A DNA stretch of 32,000 nucleotides from Candidatus Saccharimonadota bacterium (GTDB lineage Bacteria > Patescibacteriota > Patescibacteriia > 2-12-FULL-60-25), in contig JALHOH010000001.1 of assembly GCA_022843095.1 (NCBI GenBank), positions 240,001 through 272,000 of the forward strand. Direction: 5' to 3'. The translations under genes were made by a program, and so were the position numbers. This document shows, in pieces, positions 15,435-22,554 of the stretch; the first letter of the stretch is position 1; the number at the start of each line of letters is the position of its first letter. The notes under the pieces are model-generated. The model was given only the letters and a program-made list of their open reading frames with translations, was not told the origin of the DNA and did not search any database.

Positions 15435-15845
15435 ATGACAGCTCGTATGAAGCAGTTGGTCGGATTTGCCGCCTCCTTGGGGTTATCCCTTTCGATGGCG
15501 ATGCCGGCCATCACGCACGCAGCACTTTCGCAATCCGAAGCCGATAAGGTGTTCGGTATTAGCGCGGTACAAGACAGCGGTTTGAAGCTCGGAGCTGGTG
15601 ACGTTCGCGCAACCGCGGGACGCATCATCAACGTCGCGCTCGGATTCCTCGGAATCATCGCCGTCGTTATCGTTCTTGTTGGTGGGTTCAAGTACATGGT
15701 GTCCGGTGGCAGTGAAGAAAAGACGCAAGAAGCGCGCAACTTGATTTTCGCTGGGGTCATTGGTCTCGCGATCATCTTGTCCGCCTGGGCAATCACGCAG
15801 TTTGTGATCCGCCAATTGATCGACGCCACGCAGAACGCCAGTTAA
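15435..15845 (+). CDS. small VirB2/TrbC-like (T4SS pilin-like) protein, 136 aa (array member D)
   Basis: Signal peptide ..SLSMAMPAITHA, a short mature N-terminus, then IINVALGFLGIIAVVIVLVGGFKYMVSGGSEEKTQEARNLIFAGVIGLAIILSAWAITQFV. It has the best Shine-Dalgarno sequence in the window. Confidence 0.8.
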   Translation: MTARMKQLVGFAASLGLSLSMAMPAITHAALSQSEADKVFGISAVQDSGLKLGAGDVRATAGRIINVALGFLGIIAVVIVLVGGFKYMVSGGSEEKTQEARNLIFAGVIGLAIILSAWAITQFVIRQLIDATQNAS

Positions 15846-15856
15846 TTCTCCATCCC

Positions 15857-16339
15857 ATGAGATTTCGCTTCCGCCAGTTTTTGGCACTCTCCGTTGTCGC
15901 GGCCCTTTGGGTGCCGCAGCTTGCGTTTGCACAGGCGACAGGTGGTACGGCGCCGGCACCGGCGCGGGCGTCAATTACGACCGCGAACACGGGGCTTGAT
16001 GCCGCCGCCGCGAACACGGGTCTTTCCAATGCGTGCCAAGGTGCGCAGGGGTCAGCCTGTGTCGCGCGGATCATGGGCGGCCTCATCAACATTGTGTTGA
16101 GCTTGGTCGGCTTTCTGCTCCTCTTTTATCTGTTGTACGGTGGCATCCTTTGGATGACTTCCGGCGGCGATACGGAGGGGGTGCAAAAGGCAAAAACCAT
16201 GATTCAGAACGCCGTCGTCGGAATGATTATTCTGGGCGCGTCGTTTGCCATCTCCAGTTTCGTGCTGTCGCAACTCGCGACGGCGTTTGGAGAGCCCGCT
16301 GCTTCGGCACCCGAGGCACCGGCCTCTCCGGGACCGTAA
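15857..16339 (+). CDS. small VirB2/TrbC-like (T4SS pilin-like) protein, 160 aa (array member E)
   Basis: Signal MRFRFRQFLALSVVAALWVPQLAFA. Hairpin: LINIVLSLVGFLLLFYLLYGGILWMTSGGDTEGVQKAKTMIQNAVVGMIILGASFAISSFV. The tail is Ala/Pro-rich. Confidence 0.8.
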   Translation: MRFRFRQFLALSVVAALWVPQLAFAQATGGTAPAPARASITTANTGLDAAAANTGLSNACQGAQGSACVARIMGGLINIVLSLVGFLLLFYLLYGGILWMTSGGDTEGVQKAKTMIQNAVVGMIILGASFAISSFVLSQLATAFGEPAASAPEAPASPGP

Positions 16340-16361
16340 TTCTTAAGGGATTATTTCGTGT

Positions 16362-16754
16362 ATGAAGCATCTGAAGACGTCGCTCGCATCCGCCTCGGCA
16401 TTCGTGCTCGGCGTTGCGGCACCGGCGGTTACATTGGCGGCGGGCAATCCGTTCACCAAGGCCGGCCAGTATTCGTCCGACATCAAGACGGCGTCTGGCG
16501 TGCAGGGCTCGGATAACTTGACCCAGATCATCGGCAACATCATCAACGTGTTGCTTGGGTTCTTGGGGATCTTGCTCTTGGCCTACATGTTGTACGCCGG
16601 TTTCCTCTGGATGACGGCCATGGGCGATTCCGACAAAGTGGATGAAGCCAAGACGATCATCAAGAACGCGGTCGTCGGTCTCATCATCATCGCCGCGGCC
16701 TTCGCCATCAGCAACTTCGTGTTGCAGCAATTGGTGACGGTCACGGGTGCGTAA
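16362..16754 (+). CDS. small VirB2/TrbC-like (T4SS pilin-like) protein, 130 aa (array member F)
   Basis: Signal MKHLKTSLASASAFVLGVAAPAVTLA. Hairpin: IINVLLGFLGILLLAYMLYAGFLWMTAMGDSDKVDEAKTIIKNAVVGLIIIAAAFAISNFV. Confidence 0.8.
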   Translation: MKHLKTSLASASAFVLGVAAPAVTLAAGNPFTKAGQYSSDIKTASGVQGSDNLTQIIGNIINVLLGFLGILLLAYMLYAGFLWMTAMGDSDKVDEAKTIIKNAVVGLIIIAAAFAISNFVLQQLVTVTGA

Positions 16755-16779
16755 CCCGTTCGCTGCGCAGCGAAGCATA

Positions 16780-16811
16780 CGATCCTCGGCAACGGGGATC
16801 GTTTGTTTTTT
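16780..16811 (+). terminator. intrinsic terminator ending the pilin-like array
   Basis: Stem CGATCCTC pairs with GGGGATCG (8 bp, one G-U pair), loop GGCAAC, then TTTGTTTTTT. Confidence 0.7.
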
Positions 16812-16816
16812 GTATT

Positions 16817-16846
16817 TGAAAACCCCCTCTGTCGTACCAGAGGGGG
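16817..16846 (-). terminator. intrinsic terminator for the convergent lipoprotein gene
   Basis: Stem CCCCCTCTG (16823-16831) pairs with CAGAGGGGG (16838-16846). On the minus strand TTTTC follows. Confidence 0.6.
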
Positions 16847-16879
16847 TGTTCGCGTCTCTCGGTGTGAGAGACGCAGAGT

Positions 16880-17752
16880 TCAGTACCCGCAGACGTGTGT
16901 CACACCTGCGGGGGTGGTGCTTCCTTGCGCTTCGGTCGTATACGATCCCATCGGGACGTACTGACCGACCGCGTTCCGGAGGAAGCACTGGAACGTGAGG
17001 CTGACACGTCGGCCGGTCATGTTCTCGACCCAGCCGTCGTATCCGAAGGTGTTTGCGGGGTTGCCCGGAGGGGCGCCCCACATCACGTTCCCGAATGCGT
17101 CGGTGATGCCGAGCGGGATACCGCCCTGCATCGGGATCGCGCGTCCGTTCGTGAGCACCGCGACCACGTACTGTGGTCCGATGCGCAAGCGGAGCGGGAT
17201 TTGCGTCACCTGCGTCGGGTCCGGGGGACCCAGCTGGATCTGTCCGACCGGCGCGAGCCCCATCGGGTTCACGCGGCCGAGAAATACCTGCTGCTGCGGG
17301 GGCATTTGGTTGCCCATCGGCATCATGCCGCTGGTCCACGCCTGCGACCCAGGCGGCACGTGTGCCGCCTGCTGCGCCGTGGGCTGCGCATCCTGCGCTG
17401 CCGTGCGCGTCTCTCGACGCGGGAGACGCGGGGCGCTCTCGCCGAGCGATCCGCACCCCTCTGCCGGAATGAGCGCGCGAAGCTCTTCGCATCGCGCGCC
17501 CTGGCACTGGCGCCCCGCCCGCTCGTCGAACCCCGCTTGCGCGAGGTAGCAGGCGCGGACGAGGTTGCTTTGCAGCAACTGCTCGTTCGTCCGCGCCTCC
17601 TCGTCGGCGCGACGAGTCGCCTCGACCAAGCGATCCGGGGAGATGGACTCCCTGGACTCCGTGGTCGGCAGCGTCGCGTTGCCGTTACTGCCCGCACCCG
17701 TCGTGGCGCAGGCGGTGAAGAACAAGAATGCGAGAACCAGGATCGTCTTCAT
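16880..17752 (-). CDS. hypothetical lipoprotein (290 aa) with a Gln/Pro/Met-rich central segment
   Basis: MKTILVLAFLFFTAC is a lipoprotein-type signal (Cys15). The central segment reads SGMMPMGNQMPPQQQVFLGRVNPMG. I recognise no family. The opposite-strand ORF of similar length is Arg-rich nonsense. Confidence 0.6.
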   Translation of the reverse strand: MKTILVLAFLFFTACATTGAGSNGNATLPTTESRESISPDRLVEATRRADEEARTNEQLLQSNLVRACYLAQAGFDERAGRQCQGARCEELRALIPAEGCGSLGESAPRLPRRETRTAAQDAQPTAQQAAHVPPGSQAWTSGMMPMGNQMPPQQQVFLGRVNPMGLAPVGQIQLGPPDPTQVTQIPLRLRIGPQYVVAVLTNGRAIPMQGGIPLGITDAFGNVMWGAPPGNPANTFGYDGWVENMTGRRVSLTFQCFLRNAVGQYVPMGSYTTEAQGSTTPAGVTHVCGY

Positions 17753-17823
17753 TGAACAAAACTTTCTGGGAGCATTGAGGCAGCTCCCTCGCCATATTTT
17801 TGGTTTTGGAAGCTGTGTTACGG

Positions 17824-18621
17824 CTAACGTCGCGGGCGGCGTGAGTGGCGCATCAGGGTGGTGATGTCGCCACGGAGGCGTTGGACTTCTTGCTCCAACG
17901 CGCTGCCACCGGACGAACCCGGCACGTACGCGCCGCCCGTTCCGGACGACACGTTACCGACCACGAACGTGGTCCGGTACCCCATGACGGGTTGCGGCAA
18001 AAGCCCGCAGGTTCCGTCGAGGGAGGGGAGCGGCGATCCTGGGCATCCGCCCATGCCACCGAATCCGCCGTTCACGGCACCTGGCCAGCCGAAGCCGCCA
18101 GTGACCATGCCCGGCATCATGCCCATCCCGCCGAATCCGCCGAGCATCCCCATGCCCGCCCCGTTCCAGAGGAGTTGATTCCCCTGGACGGCGAACTCGC
18201 GTCCGAACTGGCTCATGAGCCAGGCGACGCAGAGCTGCTGAAGCGGCGATGCCCACGGCGCGGTCATGGTGACCGTGTCCGCGCGGGTCTGAATCCCGGA
18301 GCGGATCTGCATCCAGCTTCCGTCGTCCACGTCCAGGCACCGCTGTGCCATGGACGACCCGGTGGTATCCACGTGGGTCACGCCCCCCAGGATCCCGGAG
18401 ACCGAGGTCCCGGATCCGGACGTCGTCCGCACCGTGTTCACGTAACAGCTGCTCACGCTAAGCGCGAGCAGCGCCGTCACCACCACGAACGCGATGCGTC
18501 GCGGCAAGAGTCGCGCGCGCGGCATGCGCTGATTCAGGTGCCACCAGAGAAGAACGGCACACATGCCGTTCAGAATTGCCGCCAGGACAAACAGTCCCGC
18601 GGCGAGATGAGCACTGTTCAT
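17824..18621 (-). CDS. hypothetical membrane protein or lipoprotein (265 aa) with a Gly/Met-rich tract
   Basis: Start chosen at MNSAHLAAGLFVLAAILNG.. (a hydrophobic helix). An alternative start at the complement of 18523-18525 gives MPRARLLPRRIAFVVVTALLALSVSSC, a textbook lipoprotein signal with a VSSC lipobox. The low-complexity tract is GAGMGMLGGFGGMGMMPGMVTGGFGWPGAVNGGFGGMGGCPG. The C-terminus is basic. Confidence 0.55.
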   Translation of the reverse strand: MNSAHLAAGLFVLAAILNGMCAVLLWWHLNQRMPRARLLPRRIAFVVVTALLALSVSSCYVNTVRTTSGSGTSVSGILGGVTHVDTTGSSMAQRCLDVDDGSWMQIRSGIQTRADTVTMTAPWASPLQQLCVAWLMSQFGREFAVQGNQLLWNGAGMGMLGGFGGMGMMPGMVTGGFGWPGAVNGGFGGMGGCPGSPLPSLDGTCGLLPQPVMGYRTTFVVGNVSSGTGGAYVPGSSGGSALEQEVQRLRGDITTLMRHSRRPRR

Positions 18622-18821
18622 GACGTCTCGCTTTCCGGGGCGTTTGCCCCAGGGTTGTTGATTGTCGAAGACCGGAATCCATCTGAGAAACACTCCCAGT
18701 AGGAACGTCGTAGCATACCCGAAAACGGGGATTTTGTCAAGCGTCTCACCACGCCTGTTTTGCCTAAAACTAGAAGAACTTTGTCCTTTTTTGGTTGTTT
18801 TACAGAAAATGTTCAGCACGA

Positions 18822-18850
18822 TTGACAAAATTGCTGTTTTTTGCTATGTT
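18822..18850 (+). promoter_or_regulatory. sigma70-type promoter for the 18944/19946 gene pair
   Basis: TTGACA (18822-18827), a 17-nt spacer, then TATGTT (18845-18850). This is the closest match to the -35/-10 consensus in the window. Confidence 0.55.
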
Positions 18851-18912
18851 CAAACGTCTTCTGGCGACCAGGTGTTGCCAGAAGGCCCAACGTATTTTCA
18901 CAACACACACGT

Positions 18913-18933
18913 TGGCGCCATCGCATGGCGCCA
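18913..18933 (+). promoter_or_regulatory. twin palindromic octamers TGGCGCCA-tcgca-TGGCGCCA (operator-like site or 5'-UTR hairpin)
   Basis: Two exact copies of a self-complementary 8-mer, 13 bp centre to centre. The second copy ends where the Shine-Dalgarno AGGAG (18933-18937) of the ATG at 18944 begins, sharing one A. Confidence 0.4.
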
Positions 18934-18943
18934 GGAGAAAAAG

Positions 18944-19930
18944 ATGGCCAAAAAAAATGGTGATGGGGGTGAGGGAAGCGATTCCCTCTCCGGCGATGTC
19001 GGCCGGGTCGTGATGCGTGTGCTGATGAAACAGCTCGTGTCGCGTCTTTCCGGCGGGTGGACCAAGGATGGATCGATCGTGAAGGATGTATTCACGGCGG
19101 GCATCCCGGAGCTCATCGGCTGGAGTGATAGCTCCGAAGGGGCGCTGCAGGGGGCGGTCGAAGCCTCCTACGAACCCATTCGAGCAAAGCTTTTCAACCG
19201 ATGGGCGCAGGTCGCCAAGACCCGTGGCATTTCACCAGACGAGCCGCTCAAGATCACGGACATCGACCTCCTCGCAGGGGACGATGCGTTGATCAAGAGC
19301 ATCACCGGAGTCATCCGCGACAAGTACGCGGAACTTCGGAAGGAGCAGCTGTCGAATCCTACGCTGGCCCGGCTGGAGAAACTGCTTGGATCGCGTCTAA
19401 AGGTCGTTTGGCGCGCCTACAAGACCTACCTGAAGGATCCGTCCGATGCGGACGTGGATCCGAAGGGCGAGAAGACGCCCGACGAACGCGCGGAGGCCAA
19501 GAAGGAGCTGAAAAGCCGATATGACGAGATCGTCAAAGGCGAGCAGAAGGTTTCCTTCGGTCAGGTGGAGGCGTTTCTCGATCGGTTCCTCGATGACGGT
19601 GACGTAGCCGCGCTGCGAAAGGCGCTGAACAACGTCATCAAGTTCAAAGAAGAACCGAAAGGTAAAGCTGCCTTCGAATCCTTGACCGGGATCAAGGTGA
19701 AGGATCTCCAGAGCGACCCGGGGAAGGTGCTGAAGAATGTGTTCGGTGGCGGCAAAGCCGCAGCCGCGACACGTGAGCTCAAGCACGCGGCCCAGCGTTC
19801 TGACGAGTATTCTCGTCGGTACGCGATCGAGAAAAGCGCGGGGCCGATGGCGCCGGCGCACGAAGAAGATGATCTTCGTGCGCGGTTCTGGCTCGTGCGT
19901 CTCTGGCGCTGGTTGAAAAACCTTTTTTAG
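18944..19930 (+). CDS. hypothetical Lys/Glu-rich helical protein (328 aa) with a C-terminal amphipathic Trp/Arg/Leu helix
   Basis: Start chosen at MAKKNGDGGEG, with AGGAG 6 nt upstream. The track ORF's upstream 94 aa span the promoter. The C-terminus is RARFWLVRLWRWLKNLF. I recognise no family. Confidence 0.6.
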   Translation: MAKKNGDGGEGSDSLSGDVGRVVMRVLMKQLVSRLSGGWTKDGSIVKDVFTAGIPELIGWSDSSEGALQGAVEASYEPIRAKLFNRWAQVAKTRGISPDEPLKITDIDLLAGDDALIKSITGVIRDKYAELRKEQLSNPTLARLEKLLGSRLKVVWRAYKTYLKDPSDADVDPKGEKTPDERAEAKKELKSRYDEIVKGEQKVSFGQVEAFLDRFLDDGDVAALRKALNNVIKFKEEPKGKAAFESLTGIKVKDLQSDPGKVLKNVFGGGKAAAATRELKHAAQRSDEYSRRYAIEKSAGPMAPAHEEDDLRARFWLVRLWRWLKNLF

Positions 19931-19945
19931 GTCAAGGAGAAGAAG

Positions 19946-22030
19946 ATGGCAGACGATAAAAAGCAGAATGCGGCGGACGCCCTCATGGATTGGGTGCCGC
20001 CGATCGCGGGTGCAGCAGCACTCGCGACGAATGCGGAGCTTCGGAACGGCATCGCGCTGTTCCGCAACGCGGGGGTTGGCGCCCTCGTCGAGTTCAAGGG
20101 CAAATGCGAGCGCTGGGTGTGGTGGAACGCCACGGCCCTTGCGCGCGCCTTCGCGAACGCTACGCACATCGCGGCGTGGGTGCTGATTCTGGCAGACGTG
20201 TTCGGCCAATACGCAGCGCTCATGGGGACGCATGGCGTCCGCATGCCGGGGGTGTTGTGGGGGGTGCCGCTCGCGGCGCTCCTCCTCAACATCTTCTGCG
20301 TAATCCTTCCCATCTGGTGGGTGATCCACCGGACCATGGGCACGGAAGCCATTCCGTGGTCGTGGGAGCTCACGGCTGATCTCGCCTTCCCGGCGCGAGA
20401 AGACGCAGAGACTGATGTGGTCTTTGCGCAGCGTCTGCGTGCGCAAGTGCAAGCCTTGCGTGGGCGGATCTGCACGCTCGCACTCGATCTCGCGATCGAC
20501 CCTCGGCGGCGCGTGTGGCGACAGAATGTCGTCACGTGGCTCCAGGGGGAGATCATGCGTCTCGATCCGGCTCTGGCTCCGCCCTTGCCGGTGAATGCGC
20601 CGACGGTCGAAGACGTCGAGCGGTTCACTACGGCGGCGCAGCGTGCGTGGGCGCTACACACGACGACTGCGAGCGATCAGCAGGCACTCGACCTCCTGGA
20701 GGTCGAGCGGGTTGCGCTTGGGCGTCGGCTTCGGCTGATGCACGATGACGCGACGCGTCGCCAGTTTGGCGAACGGGGAAACCCGCTTCTCGCCATGGCG
20801 GTGCTGATCTGCGCCGTCACGGCAAAGGGGGTGCTCGCCATGGAGTGGCGTTCACTCGTCCTGAACTACGTCTGCGATGTGCAGGCGTTGACCTCAGTGA
20901 TCCCGTGGCTCGTGGGGATGGGGGCGCTCGTCCTCTTCTTCATCCTCGGAAAAACGACGGTGGTCGCGATTCATCTGCTGGCATCTGCCGCGGATGCGAT
21001 CGGGATGACTGCGACCGAGTTCTTCCGGGGCCTCGCGGTGGCAGCACCTGGGATCACCTCGGAGAACGTCGACAGCAAGCTTCCGAAGGTCGATTGGAAG
21101 ATCAATCTCATCACCTTCAAATGGGAGTTGATCTTCGACGAGATCTGGTACGCTGGAATCGGCGCAGGGATGATCGTGCTGCATGCGGTGTCGCCGCTTT
21201 GGAGCACGGGAATCTTCGTCCTCGGGATCGGCTCGTCGCTCGGTGTCTATCTGCTGAAGAAGCGAGGCATCGATGTTCTGGGCAAGGAGCAGAATCGAGC
21301 ACATGCGCTGTATTGGATCTTCGGGATCCTGGCAGGCGCGCTCGTATTCTTCTCCCTGCTGAACATGACCTTCGGCTGGTGGACGCGTCCGACGTTTACC
21401 GGTGCGATGGTGGCACTCCAGGGCGGGGAACTGCTCTGGGTCGCGGGAAGCGACATCCTCAAGCTCCTCGCGTTTCCGTTCGTCGGGATCGCGATCGTGC
21501 TTGCGACCCTCGGGATGTGGTTCTTCACGCTCGGGTGGCTCGGTTTCTTTCTCGTGGGCTTTGTCCTCGCGGTTCTTCTCTTCCAACTGGGGCATTGGAG
21601 CCCGGAAGGGAACGCGCGGTGGCTGAAGTACGCGGGGATGACGCTCGCCGGTCTCGCGATGCTCGTCTTGATCGGCGGGCGTGCGCAGCAGATCGACGGA
21701 CGTTCGCTCACGGAGCGCAGTCGGATGGTGGGGGTTGCGTCGGGAGCGATTCCCGCGCCGCCTCCGCCGTCGACCCCTCCGGATGATCAGCGCGGACCGA
21801 TTCGTCACGCGTGGGATCGCATGATGGGAACGGCGCCCTGGATCAACTGGGGATCGTCGTCTTCCGGAAGCGATACCCGTGCGGTGTCGTCTGCGCCGGC
21901 GGCGACCCTGTCGTCGTCACGGCATTCGCAGGAGCGCTACTATCGCCCGGACGAGAATCCTCCCTGCGAGGACCTCGACGGTGACGAAGAGTATCGCGCC
22001 ATGATTCGGCGCAACGGGATGTGTCACTAA
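19946..22030 (+). CDS. hypothetical polytopic membrane protein (694 aa, ~10 predicted TM helices, ~150-aa soluble Arg/Leu-rich insert, Pro/Ser-rich tail)
   Basis: AAGGAG lies 7 nt upstream of the ATG, and the start is 15 nt after the previous stop. There are many long hydrophobic runs (e.g. VLWGVPLAALLLNIFCVILPIWWVI, LLAFPFVGIAIVLATLGMWFFTLGWLGFFLVGFVLAVLLF). The tail contains APPPPSTPP. I recognise no family. Confidence 0.7.
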   Translation: MADDKKQNAADALMDWVPPIAGAAALATNAELRNGIALFRNAGVGALVEFKGKCERWVWWNATALARAFANATHIAAWVLILADVFGQYAALMGTHGVRMPGVLWGVPLAALLLNIFCVILPIWWVIHRTMGTEAIPWSWELTADLAFPAREDAETDVVFAQRLRAQVQALRGRICTLALDLAIDPRRRVWRQNVVTWLQGEIMRLDPALAPPLPVNAPTVEDVERFTTAAQRAWALHTTTASDQQALDLLEVERVALGRRLRLMHDDATRRQFGERGNPLLAMAVLICAVTAKGVLAMEWRSLVLNYVCDVQALTSVIPWLVGMGALVLFFILGKTTVVAIHLLASAADAIGMTATEFFRGLAVAAPGITSENVDSKLPKVDWKINLITFKWELIFDEIWYAGIGAGMIVLHAVSPLWSTGIFVLGIGSSLGVYLLKKRGIDVLGKEQNRAHALYWIFGILAGALVFFSLLNMTFGWWTRPTFTGAMVALQGGELLWVAGSDILKLLAFPFVGIAIVLATLGMWFFTLGWLGFFLVGFVLAVLLFQLGHWSPEGNARWLKYAGMTLAGLAMLVLIGGRAQQIDGRSLTERSRMVGVASGAIPAPPPPSTPPDDQRGPIRHAWDRMMGTAPWINWGSSSSGSDTRAVSSAPAATLSSSRHSQERYYRPDENPPCEDLDGDEEYRAMIRRNGMCH

Positions 22031-22045
22031 TCACGTTCGTTGCGC

Positions 22046-22079
22046 AAAATCCCTTCACACACGGTGGAGGGATTTTTTT
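22046..22079 (+). terminator. intrinsic terminator after the 694-aa gene
   Basis: Stem AAATCCCT pairs with AGGGATTT around a 13-nt loop. The stem runs into a 7-T tract (ATTTTTTTG). Confidence 0.7.
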
Positions 22080-22156
22080 GTGGAAAAAAGTTATCCACGG
22101 TTTTCTGTTGACGCGGTTCTCGCGTGTGCTAACAATGAGGCATGGCACAGCCAAAT

Positions 22157-22220
22157 CGCGACGCGCTCACGTCGTCCGCCCTCCGGGTGGTGTGAGTCGC
22201 GCTCGCGCATTTTTGTTTTT
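22157..22220 (+). terminator. long imperfect hairpin plus T-tracts (second terminator, or the 3' end of a short RNA)
   Basis: CGCGACGCGCTCAC pairs with GTGAGTCGCGCTCGCG (two bulges) around an inner CGCCC/GGGTG stem, followed by CATTTTTGTTTTT. A possible promoter lies upstream: TTGACG at 22108-22113, a 16-17-nt spacer, then TAACAAT at 22130-22136. Confidence 0.4.
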
Positions 22221-22262
22221 CCATTCCCCCCTTCCCGCACCCATGCTTGGCGAGAAGGGGAG

Positions 22263-22300
22263 AACAACAGAGGACCGGCGATAGGCCGGTCCTCTGTTGT
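22263..22300. terminator. perfect 17-bp hairpin downstream of the 64-aa minus-strand ORF
   Basis: AACAACAGAGGACCGGC, loop GATA, GCCGGTCCTCTGTTGTT. The flanking T-tracts are weak on both strands. Confidence 0.5.
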
Positions 22301-22312
22301 TTGAACGCGTGG

Positions 22313-22507
22313 TTACACGTTCGTCGCTTCTTCCCAGAGCGCCAGTTCGCGCATCGCGGCATCCACCTGCGTTTCGACCCCATCCACGTCTAAATCATCC
22401 GATGCCAGAATAAAATGGTTGATGAGTGTCGCGCGGCATTCGGCGCGAGGCCGTACCGAACCGTCTTCGTTTAGACAGAGGGCGCGTAACGAGGCGAGAT
22501 CCTGCAT
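22313..22507 (-). CDS. small acidic hypothetical protein (64 aa)
   Basis: MQDLASLRALCLNEDGSVRPRAECRATLINHFILASDDLDVDGVETQVDAAMRELALWEEATNV. A hairpin lies downstream. There is no clear Shine-Dalgarno sequence and I recognise no family. Confidence 0.35.
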   Translation of the reverse strand: MQDLASLRALCLNEDGSVRPRAECRATLINHFILASDDLDVDGVETQVDAAMRELALWEEATNV

Positions 22508-22554
22508 ATGAAAAAAGCATAGCAAAAAAGCGAGAATATGCGTACCATGCCGAC

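Noticed and set aside
16227-21808. Very long alternative-frame or antisense ORFs (16227-17507 minus 426 aa, 16895-17755 plus 286 aa, 17845-18702 plus 285 aa, 19397-20452 minus 351 aa, 19927-20661 minus 244 aa, 20845-21786 plus 313 aa, 20894-21808 minus 304 aa)
   Set aside because: Their composition is Arg/Pro/Gly/His-rich, typical of stop-codon depletion in GC-rich DNA. The chosen frames have signal peptides, TM helices or Shine-Dalgarno sequences, and these ORFs do not.
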